From positions 8,432,001-8,496,000 of the forward strand of contig CM074518.1 of the NCBI GenBank assembly GCA_037379345.1: 64,000 bases of DNA, given 5' to 3'. This DNA comes from Perna viridis (Eukaryota). A program made the translations under genes and the position numbers. Positions 12,821-25,665 of the stretch are shown one piece after another; position 1 is the first letter of the stretch; every line of letters begins with the position of its first letter. Below the pieces are notes generated by a model. The model was not told where the DNA came from, did no database searches, and worked only from the letters and a program-made list of their open reading frames with translations.

Positions 12821-13312
12821 CATGCTGGGGTTGTCAGGCTATAATACGGAAAACCTGATCGCAAATCATAGTGGTTCACCGTGTTGGGAAAGATGCCATG
12901 TTCCTTGCCCTGCTGTGGGTATTCGATGGGAGTAGGAACCTTTGCGGTCCGCCACAGTAGGCTAAATTGCCCAACCCTAACCATCCCTCCCTTTTTCTTG
13001 CGGCAATCAAAATTTGTTGACCCTATTATCCTTGTGTCCCAAGGTCCGCTGTGGTTTGGTAATCTGAAGTGTTGACTCCCAGGAAGTGAAGGCTTTTTTG
13101 TTAGGTCGCCCTTGTGTTCGTTTAAGCGCTTGTGAGAAAGCTGTTTAGATTAACCAACATATTGAAGGCCACAGATGGGACAGTGAAGCAAATACGTCAC
13201 ATTAGCGTTCTTTCAGTGCACGTTACAAAATATTTTGTAGCGTTTTCCTGGGACCGTGCTACCCCGTGCAGGTCCGGGTGTCAAAAGAATAGGCCTGCAG
13301 CAGCGCTACGCT
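12821..13312 (+). mobile_element. ~510-bp retroposon fragments (internal 12821-13041; head only 13262-13312)
   Basis: Homology to the full-length copies. Confidence 0.85.
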
Positions 13313-14340
13313 AATAAGAAAAGTCCAAGAAATGAAAAAGAGCTGGTCAAATTTTTAATGAGTAAAAAACCAGTTGCGGTGAGATTCCACCACAGTAACT
13401 GTGTATATGGTATTTGTGAAAAGTGTAGTTCGCACGGGAAACACTTGTGCAACATTATCATGTCTTAAGTCAAGGTCATTTAAGAAATCTGTCCTGGAAC
13501 AACTGGGAGAGAAAAATGGGAATTGATGGTAAGATAAGAAAGTGTTTGGTAAAAAAAGAAGGAAATGTACAACAATGTCTAGAGGAATTGCAGGAAGATG
13601 TCGACAAACCAACACAAGGTACATCCCTTGTTAAACATGTTTTTTTTTATTGCTGATTGGCAACAGTTCCAGTTCAACAAAATAAAAGAAAACCTTCCTA
13701 AAGATAATGTTTTGATGGTAATGGACTTCGGAAAAAATAGGCTGGTGAGATATCAAGATGAAATCAAATCAGCATATTTTGCTGCCGCTCAGATAGCACT
13801 ACATCATATAGTTTTATTTTATCATTCAAGAGATGTACCAGAACTGATTGTAAGACATTCATTAGTGATATTACACACAACTCAAATGCAGTGGAGTATT
13901 TTGAAACCAAATCTCTAGAATTTTTTGGAAAAAAGTCTGTTCCCTACAAGGAAATTATCATTTTTTCTGATGGGTGTGCCGGACAATATGAAAGTAGGCA
14001 CACCTTTGCAGAATTAGCACAATCAAATGTTGTAATACAGCGTCATTTCTTTGGAAGTGAACATGGAAAAAGGGAATGCGATGGAGAGGTTGCCGCTGTA
14101 AATAAATCTGTGGACTCACCTGTAATAGGAAGACGAGCAATAATAACAAATGCTACAGACGTGTATCGTTGATGCTGTGATCATATTGTTTTAGATGAAC
14201 CAGGATCGAAGAGAGATTTTTTTCTTACTGAAAAAAAACATTATTGACCATTCTAAAAAAGCAGAAACTGTTGATCCAGTTAAAGGAATAAGACAAATTT
14301 ATCAGGTTAATAATGATTCCCAGACATTAGGTGAACTATA
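13313..14340 (+). pseudogene. Sola2-like DDD transposase remnant
   Basis: MDFGKN..YQDEIKSAYF..Q..LH, IFSDGCAGQY and FFGSEHGKRECDG motifs across frameshifted ORFs 13598-14172. A possible GAG-type right terminus (...CCTGGAACTACGTACTC) ends at 19857. Confidence 0.65.
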
Positions 14341-14348
14341 TAAATAAA

Positions 14349-15382
14349 TTTGTTGGGGTTTAACGCCCGAGCAGCAATATATCAAATCTATTCAGGCGAT
14401 GAACATGAAGTTGAAGATAAAATGAAAAAGAAATGATGATGAAATGAAAAATGGGATGGGACTCGAGGGTAATGGGGTCGACAAATTTTGAATGTCATTA
14501 GAAATAGGGAGAGGTGGGTAGGGTCGGGCAATTTAGCCTCCTGTGGCGGAGCCTTATGGTTCCTACTCCGGAAGAATACCACAGTAGGGTTATTTAACGT
14601 GCGAGGAACTTGGCATCATTCCCAACACGGTGCAACACTATGGTTTGCGGTCAGGTGTTCCGTTTGTTTGTTGGGGTTTAACGTCCGAGCAGCAATATTT
14701 CAGCTATATTCAGATGATGAACATGAAATTGATAATAAAATGAACATGAAATGGTGATGAAATGAAAAAGGGATGGGACACAAGGACAATGGGGTCGACA
14801 AATTTAGATTGCCACTGGAGATAGGGAGAGGTGGATAGGGTCGGGCAATTTAGCCTCCTGTTGCGGAGCCCTATGGTTCCTACTCTGGGAGAATAGCACA
14901 GTAGGGTTCTTTAACGTGTGAGGAACGTGGCATCTTTCCCAACACGATGCACCACTATGGTTTGCGGTCAGGTTTTCCGTATTATGGCCTGACAACCCCA
15001 GCATGCAACACGCCAGGGGTACCCCATTCCACCACCTGGGCCACACATCCCAGTTGCTCTGTGGATAGAGCGCCCTAGCACCCGGCTAGGGTTCTGAGCA
15101 CTATTTAATCGCCTTTACGACAAGACTAGGCTGCTGCAAACCTATTCTTTTAACACCCGGACCTGCACGGGGCGTCAGGTATTCCGTATTATAGCCTGAC
15201 AACCTCAGCATGTAACACGCCAGAGATACCCCATTCCACCACCTGGGGCACATAACCCAGTTGCTCTGCGGGCTGAGGGCCCTAGCCCCCGGCTAGAGTT
15301 CTGAGCACTATTTAGTCGCCGTTTACGACAAGCTTAGCGCTGCTGCAGGCTTATTCTTTTGACACCCGGACCTGCACGGGGC
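14349..15382 (-). mobile_element. ~510-bp retroposon with a second full copy (14664-15173) nested inside
   Basis: Outer TSD ATATAAATAAA (14338-14348 / 15383-15393); inner TSD GTCAGGT(G/A)TTCCGT (14650-14663 / 15174-15187). Confidence 0.92.
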
Positions 15383-15959
15383 ATATAAATAAAAATAAAA
15401 TATTAAAAAAACAGTGTCCTGTTTCTGTGAACACTGTATAGACAGAGACTATACAAGATGTCTAAATTCTGGTTATTCTGATATTCAATCAATAAAGATC
15501 CGAAATGAAGTCAGAGAATCAAAGAGGAAGACAATTATGCAGGGAATTAAGAACAATAAAAAAAATGATTGAGAATCTTCATAAGAAAGTTGGTCCACAA
15601 CATGCACAAGAAAAGAAAACTGCAATTAGAAAAAAAACAGTATCCTCAAAGCCAAAGGAACCTGTAGTAGAACGGTGCAAAAAGGAGAAAATGAAGCCGA
15701 TGACAGCAGAACAACAATTACATGAAACACCAACAACTGAGCAGACAGTATTATACAGAGAACAATACTTTAGGTTAAAGCTTCATGAGCTGTAGACTAT
15801 GAAAGCTTACAAGCATTGTGTACACATTTCAATGAGAATTCAAACAAATAAAAATTATTGATAAATGAAGATATCAACATTGTGTCAAATAATTTAGTAG
15901 TTGACAAGGATGCATAGAATTTGTCCCCCCCCTAAAAAAAGACTACAGCTAACAAAGTT

Positions 15960-16510
15960 TGTGAACTTTTTGCCAGTGGTGGTTTATGGGGATGGCAATT
16001 TTGTCGCCCTCGTAGTCTCAACACACTAGTCTTCGGAAATTAAGACCATTATATGGAAGTGAGAACTAGAATAACTGTTGAGATGTGCATTAATGCATAA
16101 TTATATTTGAAAAATGAAACTCTGCTTCAGGGAAATAGTTTCCCCCACAAGGATGCTTCTTGTCAACTGAATACATATATCATGTTTTTTTTTAGCAATA
16201 TACACCTGGAGATAGACTCACTCGAAATGTAATCAGAAAACTTTATGAAGAAGTGATGAACTCCTGCAAAAATGGTTCATGGATGGGAATTTGGGAACTC
16301 CTTGCAGTGCCATCGGTTTTAAATTGTGAATTACTATCAGTTTATCCAGACGTACAAACTGATGTTTTCCTTAAACTGTACTCCATAGGCGGATTCTTCC
16401 ACTGAAAGACCATCATGGTATATGTTCTGCCTTAGCTGCTGTTATGTGGTCATCAACAAGACATGATGGATTCATCCACCAATTTGTGGCACTTTTACCT
16501 CTACATAGAC
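15960..16510 (+). pseudogene. Vertnin-like OTU cysteine protease domain remnant
   Basis: PVVVYGDGN-(frameshift)-C.PRSL..LVFGN*DHYMEVRTRITVEM, CKNGSWMGIWELLAV.SVLN..L.SVYP and VMWSST..HQFVALLP. Confidence 0.65.
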
Positions 16511-16759
16511 GAGAACCCGAATCACTCAGTCCAGAACTCGTAATGAGCTTTGAGGATTCTGATACAAGTTTTAATGAAGATGACAGCTTTATAAAAACTT
16601 TTCTTGAAAATGAAATAATTATGAACATTAATAAGAGTGGCATTGATGTCATGTCTGAAGTTTTGTGACCAAGCAGACATAGCTGATGGAAAGTATGATG
16701 TAAACCCTATTGTAACAGAAGTCATCTCTGATGAGATTAATGTAGAGATCCATTATGAC

Positions 16760-17360
16760 CCAGAGCAGTCAGAAATGCAGTCTGTTGCAGAACCATCAGA
16801 AGTCCCTTATTATGAAGAGCACGCTGTATTGGAGTTTGAAGTGGTAAACACAGGGGTTATGGAACAATCACAAGTCAGGTCACATGTTATGGAGCAGTCA
16901 GAAGTCAAGTCTAATGGTATAGGGCAGTCAGATGTCAAGTCTCACGAGTTGGAACAGTCAGCAGTCAAGTCAAATATTATGCAGCAGTCAGACGTCGAGT
17001 CTTATAGAACGTTCAAAAGTCAAGACTGATGGGATGGAGCAGTCAGCAGTCAAGTCTGATAGTATTGAGCAGTCAGAAGTTAAGTCTGATGGTATGGGGC
17101 AGTCAAGAAGTAAAGTCTAATGGTATTGAGCAATCAGAAGTCATGTTCATTTTATCATCCATTTCATGTTCATCATCTGAATACAGCTGAAATATTGCTG
17201 CTCGGACGTTCAACTCCAACAATCAATCAATCAATCAGAAGTCCGGTCTGATGGTATGGAGCAGTCAGAAGTCAAGTTAGATGGTATGAGGCAGTTAGAA
17301 GTGAAGTCCGATGTAATGGGGCAGTCAGAAGTCAAGTCTTATGGTATGGAACAGCCACCA
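16760..17360 (+). repeat. 30-bp coding-type minisatellite (EQSEVKSDGM-like units)
   Basis: Repeated GAGCAGTCAGAAGTCAAGTCTGATGGTATG variants, visible in ORFs 16637-17029 and 16932-17120. Confidence 0.85.
17143..17231 (+). mobile_element. 5'-truncated copy of the ~510-bp retroposon
   Basis: 3' end with (AATC)n tail, flanked by TSD CAATCAGAAGTC (17131-17142 / 17232-17243). Confidence 0.9.
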
Positions 17361-20227
17361 TTCGAGTTCATTGTAACAGGGAAATCAAGGTACTTGAATT
17401 GTAAATGTTCCAGTCGAAGTGTTTTGTTATAACTACTAGGCGAAATAACAATGATAAATTAATGGATACTTTTGTAACCTTAAAGATTATGATCTACAAG
17501 AGATGTGTTTCAAAATAAAATGTGTACATTTATTATTTGTGTTTCAAAGAGTTACGTTAATAACTTGTAGTTCGAAGTTTTAACTTTAAATCTAAAAAAA
17601 TATAGCCAAATCCAGACAAGGTAACAGAGCTTTGGATAAGGGAAAATTTATAACAGCTTATTTTTATATATTACATAATTTCAGTAATTTATTTCTCATC
17701 TAAAAAGGGTAAGACTATAGAGTTTTATGATTTATGATTTATTAATGCTATTTAAAACAGACCTTTTAAAACTGGTGATTATCTGGTTGTCAGTTTTGGA
17801 AATAATGTACATCCAGCAGTTGTAACTTACCAAGTTCATCAAATTGTTTATATTGATGTTATTTTGTTTTTCCAGATTTTTCAAACTTTAATTAACCAGA
17901 CTTAGATTTCTCAGAAAAAAATATGAACTTTTGGCAAACAAATATTAAGTTATTTTACTTTTTCGGTTGTTTTCCTGTTAGAATCTATAAATTGGGTTAC
18001 CGGTATGGTATTAACTTAAGAAATTTAGTTCTTACCCTCATTAAAAAAATAAGATACTTGAAAAATCTTTAATGCTTTTCAATTTTCAGAGTCTTAACGT
18101 GGTCTTAATTTGGAAAGACTTAGTATTTCAAAATTTTTTAAAGATTTTCCAGTCATCATTTTTATCTAAAAAAACAGACTATTATTTTGAAGTCTAGGTC
18201 AGGTTATGTTTGGTTTTGTGTTCATGTCAGAGTCAGCATTGACAGTTGTTAAGTTTTGTGGTTAGGAGAATGTTTGGTCTATTAGGTGCTTGACCATCTT
18301 TATTCCTAGAAGGTTATTTTTAAACTTTACTGCTCGGTCAAGATATCTATATATATATGCATACATTTGTGGTCAGGCATTTTAAAGTTAAGATAATTAT
18401 GTAATTGTTTTATGCACTGAAACTTAGTTAATTATACCTCATGACACAATTTATTCTGTTATCTAATTTATCATGGTACAATTTAAAATTATTTAAAACC
18501 AAACTTTTTAAACAGCGTTTAGTTTTGATTTTATCTATTGAGAAGTCACTTGTCATAATTTTCAAAATTTTGTTTCAGGTGTCTGAATGGCCATGGATTA
18601 TTTAATATAGAAGTTACAACAGAGGATGGAAGGAGGGCATATTGAAGTATACCTTAGCAGCCAGTGATGTTATAATAAAATTAAAACCACCTAATATAGT
18701 AATGAAGGGACGCTCATTACTAAAATCATTGCCAAAATTAGTCCAGTTCTTAAAATTGTCATAACTCGCATAACAGTTATTGCTCACAAACAAAATTACC
18801 AAATGGTAAACATACATTTTAGCATAATCTCAGGTAATCATTTAAAGAAGATGGTAACTTGAACTGTTCTAGCTACAACGAATGATAACAACATATCTTT
18901 AATTACCATATATACTAAAAGCATTCGGCAAAAAATATGTCTTGATTGAAGTAAATTTGAAGGCAGTACTTCAATACATTTTAAAACGTTTAATAATCGT
19001 TCTTTTTTTTTAAATTGTATTAATATACCAGTAATATTTTTAATTCATTTTCTTTCAGATGAAGTCCTCCAGAACTAACAGAGACGATAATTTTTTCAAA
19101 TATTTAAATTATGTTAATCTTCTAGGCAGTATTTTAGACTTTTGAATGCATCATGAATTAAATGGGCAAAGCAATGGAGGTGTTCTGAAGACTAAAAAAG
19201 ACTTTCTTTACCACAATCCATGATGAAGGCCTTTGAGGCATTGATCACTATGGTATTTCCATCTTCACTGCCAATTGATTTGAAATTCCTGTTGTTTGAT
19301 GTTTCTTGCCAGACATTACATGGGTATTTTGGCTTGTGCTTCATAAATAAAACATATCCCCCTTTCTGTTTTGAGTGCCAGAGGTTGCAGGTTCAATCCC
19401 CAGCCATATAAAATAAGACATTAAAATTGGTCATTGCTGCTTCTCATCCAAGCCAAAAAAAAAACTATATCCGTTTTAATCATCCAGTTTTATTCTGTTT
19501 TCAAGCATTAACTAGTAGTATTATGTAATATTGGACTTATATTATGTATCGGTGCGTGAATTTCGATAGTGCATCTATATAATCGTGAGGGATTCAAACT
19601 TCAAACTTGTTCCAAAAAAGTCATCTTTGAACGACGAATCTTAATCGAACAAAAGTTTGTATGGAGTATAAACATTATGACATTTGCTAAAATTGAAAAA
19701 GAATACAGGAAAATGGCATGGGATTGACAAGTAGAATGTTTTGATAATTTCACGTTGCTAGTTAATGACAGAAAAGGAGCCTATGTTCGCCTCGTGACTC
19801 CATCCATTGGTCAGTATGAAATTATGAAATAATCAGTAAACCTGGAACTACGTACTCTGAAAAAGGCCTACTGAGTCAAGTCATCTCATAAAGTATAATT
19901 TGATTAAGAATCCACAATACCTCCAAGATAAGTCTGTGGAAGTAGGAAGCCTTGTTTCTAGACCCACAGCTGTTAATGACAAAACCCATGTGAGAAAACA
20001 AAGGAATCTTTTTCAGATTACAAAAAAACAAATAATAATGAAACGAATCCAAGAGAGATACGGGTGAAAACTGAAGACGAAAACAACAATACAACATCAA
20101 ACAAAAACCATTGTCTGCATGTAACAGTTCATAACTCAGAACAAACTATAGAACCACAAAGAAAATCGCTATCCGTCACTATAAATAGTCAATCAAGCCA
20201 AAACAGGAATGTCACATCTAGTAGTTG

Positions 20228-21003
20228 CCGTGCAGGTCCGGGTGTCAAAAGAGTAGGGCTGCAGCAGCGCTAACCTTGTCATAAAAGGCGACTAAATAGT
20301 GCTCAGAACCCTAGCCGGGGCCTATACGCTCTGCCCACAGAGGAAATGCGTTGTGTGCCCCAGGTCGTGGAATGGGGTACCCCTGGCGTGTTATATGCTG
20401 GGATCGTCAGGCTATAATACGAAAAACCTGACCGCAAACCGTGTTGCGAAAGATGCCACGTTCCTCGCACGTTAAAGAACCCTTCTGTGGTATTCACTCG
20501 AGTAGGAACTATTGGGCTCCGCCACAGGAAGCTAAATTGCCCGACCCTATCCATCACTCCCTTTTTCTAGGGTCACCCCGTGCAGGTCCGGGTGTTAAAA
20601 GAATAGGCCTGTAGCAGCGCTAAGCTTGTCGTAAAAGGCGACTAAATAGTGCTCAGAACCTTAGCCGGGAGCTAGGGCGCTCTGCCCACAAAGCAACTGG
20701 GATGTGTGCCCCAGGTGGTGGACTGGGGTACCCCTGGCGTGTTACATGCTGGGGTTGTCAGGCTATAATACGGAAAACCTGATCGCAAACCATAGTGGTG
20801 CACCGTGTTGGGAAAGATGCCACGTTGTTCTTTTCTAGGGACAATCAGAATTGGTCAACCCTACTATCCTTGTGTCCCATCCCTATTTCATTTCATCATC
20901 ATCATCATCATTAGTTCATGTTCATTTTATTATCCATTTAATGTTCATCGCTTGAATATAGCTGAAATATTGCTGCTCGGGCGTTAAACCCCAATAATCA
21001 ATC
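20228..21003 (+). mobile_element. ~510-bp retroposon with a nested partial second copy (~20575-20826)
   Basis: Outer TSD AGTAGTTGCC (20220-20229 / 21004-21013); inner copy flanked by TTTTCTAGGG(T/A)CA repeats. Confidence 0.85.
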
Positions 21004-21068
21004 AGTAGTTGCCATGACTTGAGTAACAGGCCAATTATATTACTCCAAAACAGCTGCCCTAAAAAACT

Positions 21069-21296
21069 AACCCTTTATACGAGGACAAGGAACTCAGTAA
21101 GGCGGTAGAGTACTACAAGAAAGAAATAATAAACCTAAACAACATATTAACCCCAAGGCTTTCCAAAGACGTAATAGCATCCCACAATCCTCGTCATTGG
21201 AAAAAAGTAAAATATAGTAAAAACTATCACTTATACCACGAAGACTTTCACCCGTCCAGACCACTTTCAAAACTCTGGGCTTACAAACTTATCAAA
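21069..21296 (+). pseudogene. SGNH-hydrolase-like C-terminal fragment, probably TE-borne
   Basis: Manual translation DKELSKAVEYYKKEIINLN..TPRLSKD..NYHLYHEDFHPSRPLSKLWAYKLIK resembles SGNH block V (DxxHP..W). Confidence 0.4.
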
Positions 21297-21531
21297 GAGT
21301 AATCAAGGGAACCAAGGTTATAGCAGTAATCAAAAGTATGTAATCCAGGGAGAAAGACCAGACATGGAAAACAGACATAAACAACAAAGAACATAAAGTA
21401 ACTAAAATCATAGATACAAAGTAACAAAAGCAAATGAGCAACTCGGACTCCACTAAAACTGGGAGGATGGGCCAGGTGCACCGGTAGGGTAAGCGCTCTC
21501 TGCTTTTCTAGAAACGCCCGCCGAGTTGCTC
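21294..21531 (-). mobile_element. Penelope-like element 3' UTR fragment
   Basis: Matches 29-268. Confidence 0.85.
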
Positions 21532-21977
21532 GAAGCTCTGTTTCATGTGCAGGGAAAGAACTTACTAAAACTAGACTTGAACAAAGACATGAAAAGAATT
21601 GTTGAAGAAAAGACGCTATGTCTCCATATAATTAGAGATGTACTAAAAACAATATGGGCAGCCTTGTTCTGTTATATGTAAATGTGAAGCAAAGAAGGTT
21701 TGTTTCCATTTGAACAAAACTATATCTAGTTACTGACCAATGATACCATTATTTGATACAAATAACTAGAGGTGATAAGTACATGCTAGTTTTTATGTAG
21801 ATATATTTGTGTACCGTACATGCGTTATTGAAGTTTAAAATTCTTGTTTGTTGAATCTTAAAATTGCCTTCTGTGCGTATATGCAAGACTGCTTGGGGAA
21901 TTATCAGTTAAAACAGACTGTTTCAAGAGAGCGAAGAAACCAAGTAAGGGGTAGTCATAAACTGTGAAAGCGGGAAA

Positions 21978-22245
21978 ACAATTAATTAAAATTAGATACT
22001 GAAGAAGGGCAGACTTGTTGACATTATAATTAAAAAGTGAAACAAAGAAGCTTTGTCTCCATATAAGAAAAAAATATAGCAAAAAAAAAAAACAAAAACA
22101 AAAACAAAACAAAATAATTAATTAAAATTAGATATTGTAGAAGGGCAGACTTTTTGACATTATAATTAAAAAGTGAAACAAAGAAGTTTTGTCTCCATAT
22201 AATAAAAAATATAGCAAAAAAACCCACAAGGACAGCCTTGTTCAT
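21978..22245. repeat. ~132-bp tandem duplication
   Basis: AATTAATTAAAATTAGATA..AAGGGCAGACTT..GACATTATAATTAAAAAGTGAAACAAAGAAG occurs twice. Confidence 0.8.
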
Positions 22246-22803
22246 TACATGTAAATTGAATCAAGGAAGCTTTGTTTCCAACTAACAATAACTACAGCCA
22301 GTCATTGATCAGAGATGGCATTTAATATAATACAAAAATGAAAACAAGAACAGCCTTGTTAGCAAAACAAACAAAAAGGAGACTAGAGGAAGAACAAAGA
22401 CGTTTTGTCTCTTAACCAACAAAGTACAATTTATTGAAAATTAAACAAGGACAGCCTTGTAATTAATGTTGAAAAGACTCAGCGGGGCATAATCTAGGCA
22501 GCGAAATGGAGATTTAAGTCGCCAAGAATTTTTTAAAATAGTTAAAAGTCGCCAGCTGGTGTTCTTTTAAGAGAATTGAAGTCGCTGTGAAATTTGACCA
22601 AATAGAGATAACTCTAGCCTTTCCAGATAATAAACAACCAAAAATGGCGGCAGAGAAATCTTGAATTGGAAAAAGTTCACTTGCTTTTTATCAGTTCCAT
22701 GCAATCCAGGCAATATTTCTCCCCTTCTAGCGACTTAGGTAATGGATAAAACCAACAGAACTTATTTGAGTGAAACATATTCAACTTATTGAGTTCAAAA
22801 TCA

Positions 22804-24686
22804 GGTAACAAGTCAAGTCGCCCCCAAGACAACTCGCCCCGAGACAAGTCGCCCACTATCTAACTTCAAGTTATGTTATCTTGTTGGTTTAAGAAGTTTA
22901 CTCAAAATATGAAATGAAAGAATATTTATGCATCTGAAAACGTAATTTCAAGTCTATAGATCTCTTATTTTTCACATCATTTTGTGGTTATTTTATGAAA
23001 TTGTCCTAGATTGTATCGTGTTATAATGTCATATGTGTAATCATGTTTATATGCTTCATTGTAATTCTTATCTACAGTGGTTGATGGCAATTTTGTTCGT
23101 GCCGATCTGTTCGTGATAAGGCAAAACGAAGAGAAATTCGTATTCAAGTTTAAATACATTTTATTCAGGAGATATATTATTTAATGGCAAATAATTAACA
23201 AATACTTTACAACAACAAAGACATACAAAACATATATATAAACAATTAAAATCTAAGTCTTCACTGGCCGCCGTAGATTTTTCCACACTTCTTCAAGAGC
23301 TGGTTGGGGCTGATCTGGTCGTCACGGTATTGGTCCCACAAAATAAAGATTCTGTGCTGTAGAATTGTCGTCGTCTTCCTCTGGTAGCGTCGGAGTTTCC
23401 CCTCGGTCGCAATCTTCAGTTGGGTTGGTAGTAGGCTGGCTTCCTTGTAGAGTAGGTTGACTAACACGTAAAATGGTAGATTCGCTTTCTTTGTCTTTCT
23501 GTTGATGCGGTGGTGCCAGCCCTCAACGTTGTCGTTGGTCCTCACTGACAGGCGGTACACGGTCCACGATGCTGGTGTCCGTAGGTCATTGGTAGTCTAG
23601 GTGTTGTTAATGTAAGTCACAAGGCTGGTGATCTTCTTGGTGTCGACGCTGTCTTGAAGAGCAGTAAATGTCGTTGGTATCTGTTCAGCGGGTATGAATA
23701 GGAGAGCAAGAACCTTCCTGATAAAACGATGGGTACTGTCTTTCTGTGAGTATTCAACAAAAAGAATAGGATTAATTAAAATACGTTATTAAATACAGCA
23801 TTTCTTTTTGAAAAAAAAAATATCCAAAGAATTAATTCAGTTTAAGAATAATTTGAATATTTGAAAAATCATGCGTATGAATTTTTCTTACCATGACATT
23901 ATTCATTAAAATGTATATATTTATAAACAAACTAATGATTATAAAAGCTTCATTGATATGCAAATACACATTTTGAAATAATTTTGAAATAATACTTCAT
24001 TTTAATTTGTCCAGTTTATATTTAACATACCTGTAACCCAACTTCCTGAACGTGACGCCATACGGCCTGTCCCCAGTGGAAAGCACATCCATGTACGTCG
24101 ATGTCTGGAAAAACGGCACGCCATAACCCGTCTTCAAAGTCGGCAACTACTCTCTCGGCAACTGGTGGGATGGCAGCAAATCCAAGATCTGTTGAAGTAC
24201 CTGACAAAATAAAACAAACATAGAGATAAGTCTTACAACGCCAAAATTGAATGCACAGACATATGTATATCGTTTTTATATATTCATCACAAAGCATATG
24301 TAAATGTAATATACCTAACATAATATCTTTTGATATGAAAAAATATTTAGATCAAAATGCTCATTATTTTACTCATTCGTTGATGAAGTGTTCTCTCATT
24401 GACACTAACGCAGAATCTTTTCATTCCCGTGTATAATATTTAAAGATTAAAAATATGTATAAATCAGAACCAACTTGTCACATTTATCATATATACCTTC
24501 TTGTAGTCTTTCTTTTTCAAGTACAAATACGCCGAGTAGTTGCTTCATGTTGTCGTCCTGTTTGGCGAAGAAGTGGATGGATAGTAGTTGAGTGAATGGT
24601 CTGCTGATGATCTTGAATGTTCCATCAAAAAAAATTAATGAGGGGGCGACTTGTCTTTATGAAGTGGGCGACTTGACTAGCATTCC
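22804..24686 (-). mobile_element. MULE/MuDR DNA transposon with intron-containing, 5'-deleted transposase
   Basis: DGTFK (~24610-24627), VADFE..HGCAFHWGQAVWR (24022-24150) and RTNDNVEGWH (23261-23560). Imperfect TIRs contain AGTCAAGTCGCCC; flanking direct repeat (C)AAAATCA. Confidence 0.85.
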
Positions 24687-25665
24687 AAAATCAAAGGAAA
24701 ACGATTACAAAAGGTAAGGTACATGTACATTTTGTGTCCCTTGATCAAATATTTAATTTGATGACAACAATTAATTTATTTACTCAATGAGAGACTCTTA
24801 CAGTGATTTTAATGGTTTTAAAAGACAGTCAATAATTAGTAGGTTCAGCTTGGATCACACTTACGTGAACGAGACTATACGTGGGTCTGAAGTGACACTG
24901 TTTTGATAAGGCCAAAATAAAGATAATTAAGCTAACAATTATGACTTAAAAAGTCAGGGAATTTTTTTTTGATAATTGACTACCATATCAAGATGCAGTC
25001 ATTCATTTATCAATTTAAATTATAACTATCAATTGTTTGAAAAAAAATCCCGCTAAACAACATACATGTACATGCATGCCTGTGCAGGTTAATTTGTGTT
25101 TCGCATAAATTACAATACAAGTGTACTCATCACAATGTCAAAGCAGAGATGATTTACATATTTTTTTTTTCTTTTTCAGGAAGAGACCATATGAAGGTGC
25201 AGACCATTCCTAGACTTTAATAATATGTTACTATAAGAAACTAGTTCTCAATGACACTCTGAGCGCTTGCTATATTCAATTAAAGTTACTTATTATACAT
25301 CTAATTATTCATTTGCAAGTATAGAAAATGTAATTACAGTATTGAACCTATCTTACTTGTTTATTATTTATTATAGTACATCCTATCTTATTTGTTTATT
25401 ATTTATTAGAGTACATGTCCTTAACCCTTACCATGTGAGACCCGTATATATACGGTCATGGGCTGTTTTCCGATTTTTGTCTTCTGGCAATTTTATTTTT
25501 GCTGTCGAAACCACAATTTGAGTTCATATGCAAGCAGAGTGATTATGCTTTCAAATAAGGCTATATTACACACAGTTTTAGCAAACATAGGGCTTGAACA
25601 AGAGGTCATGAGTTAAGAAAGCCACGAAAATTTGTGATTTTTTAGGGGTAGAGCTCAATTTTCGG

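Noticed and set aside
16760-17360. CRISPR-like array (also the 175-bp arrays)
   Set aside because: Head-to-tail degenerate units with no unique spacers, eukaryotic context and no cas genes.
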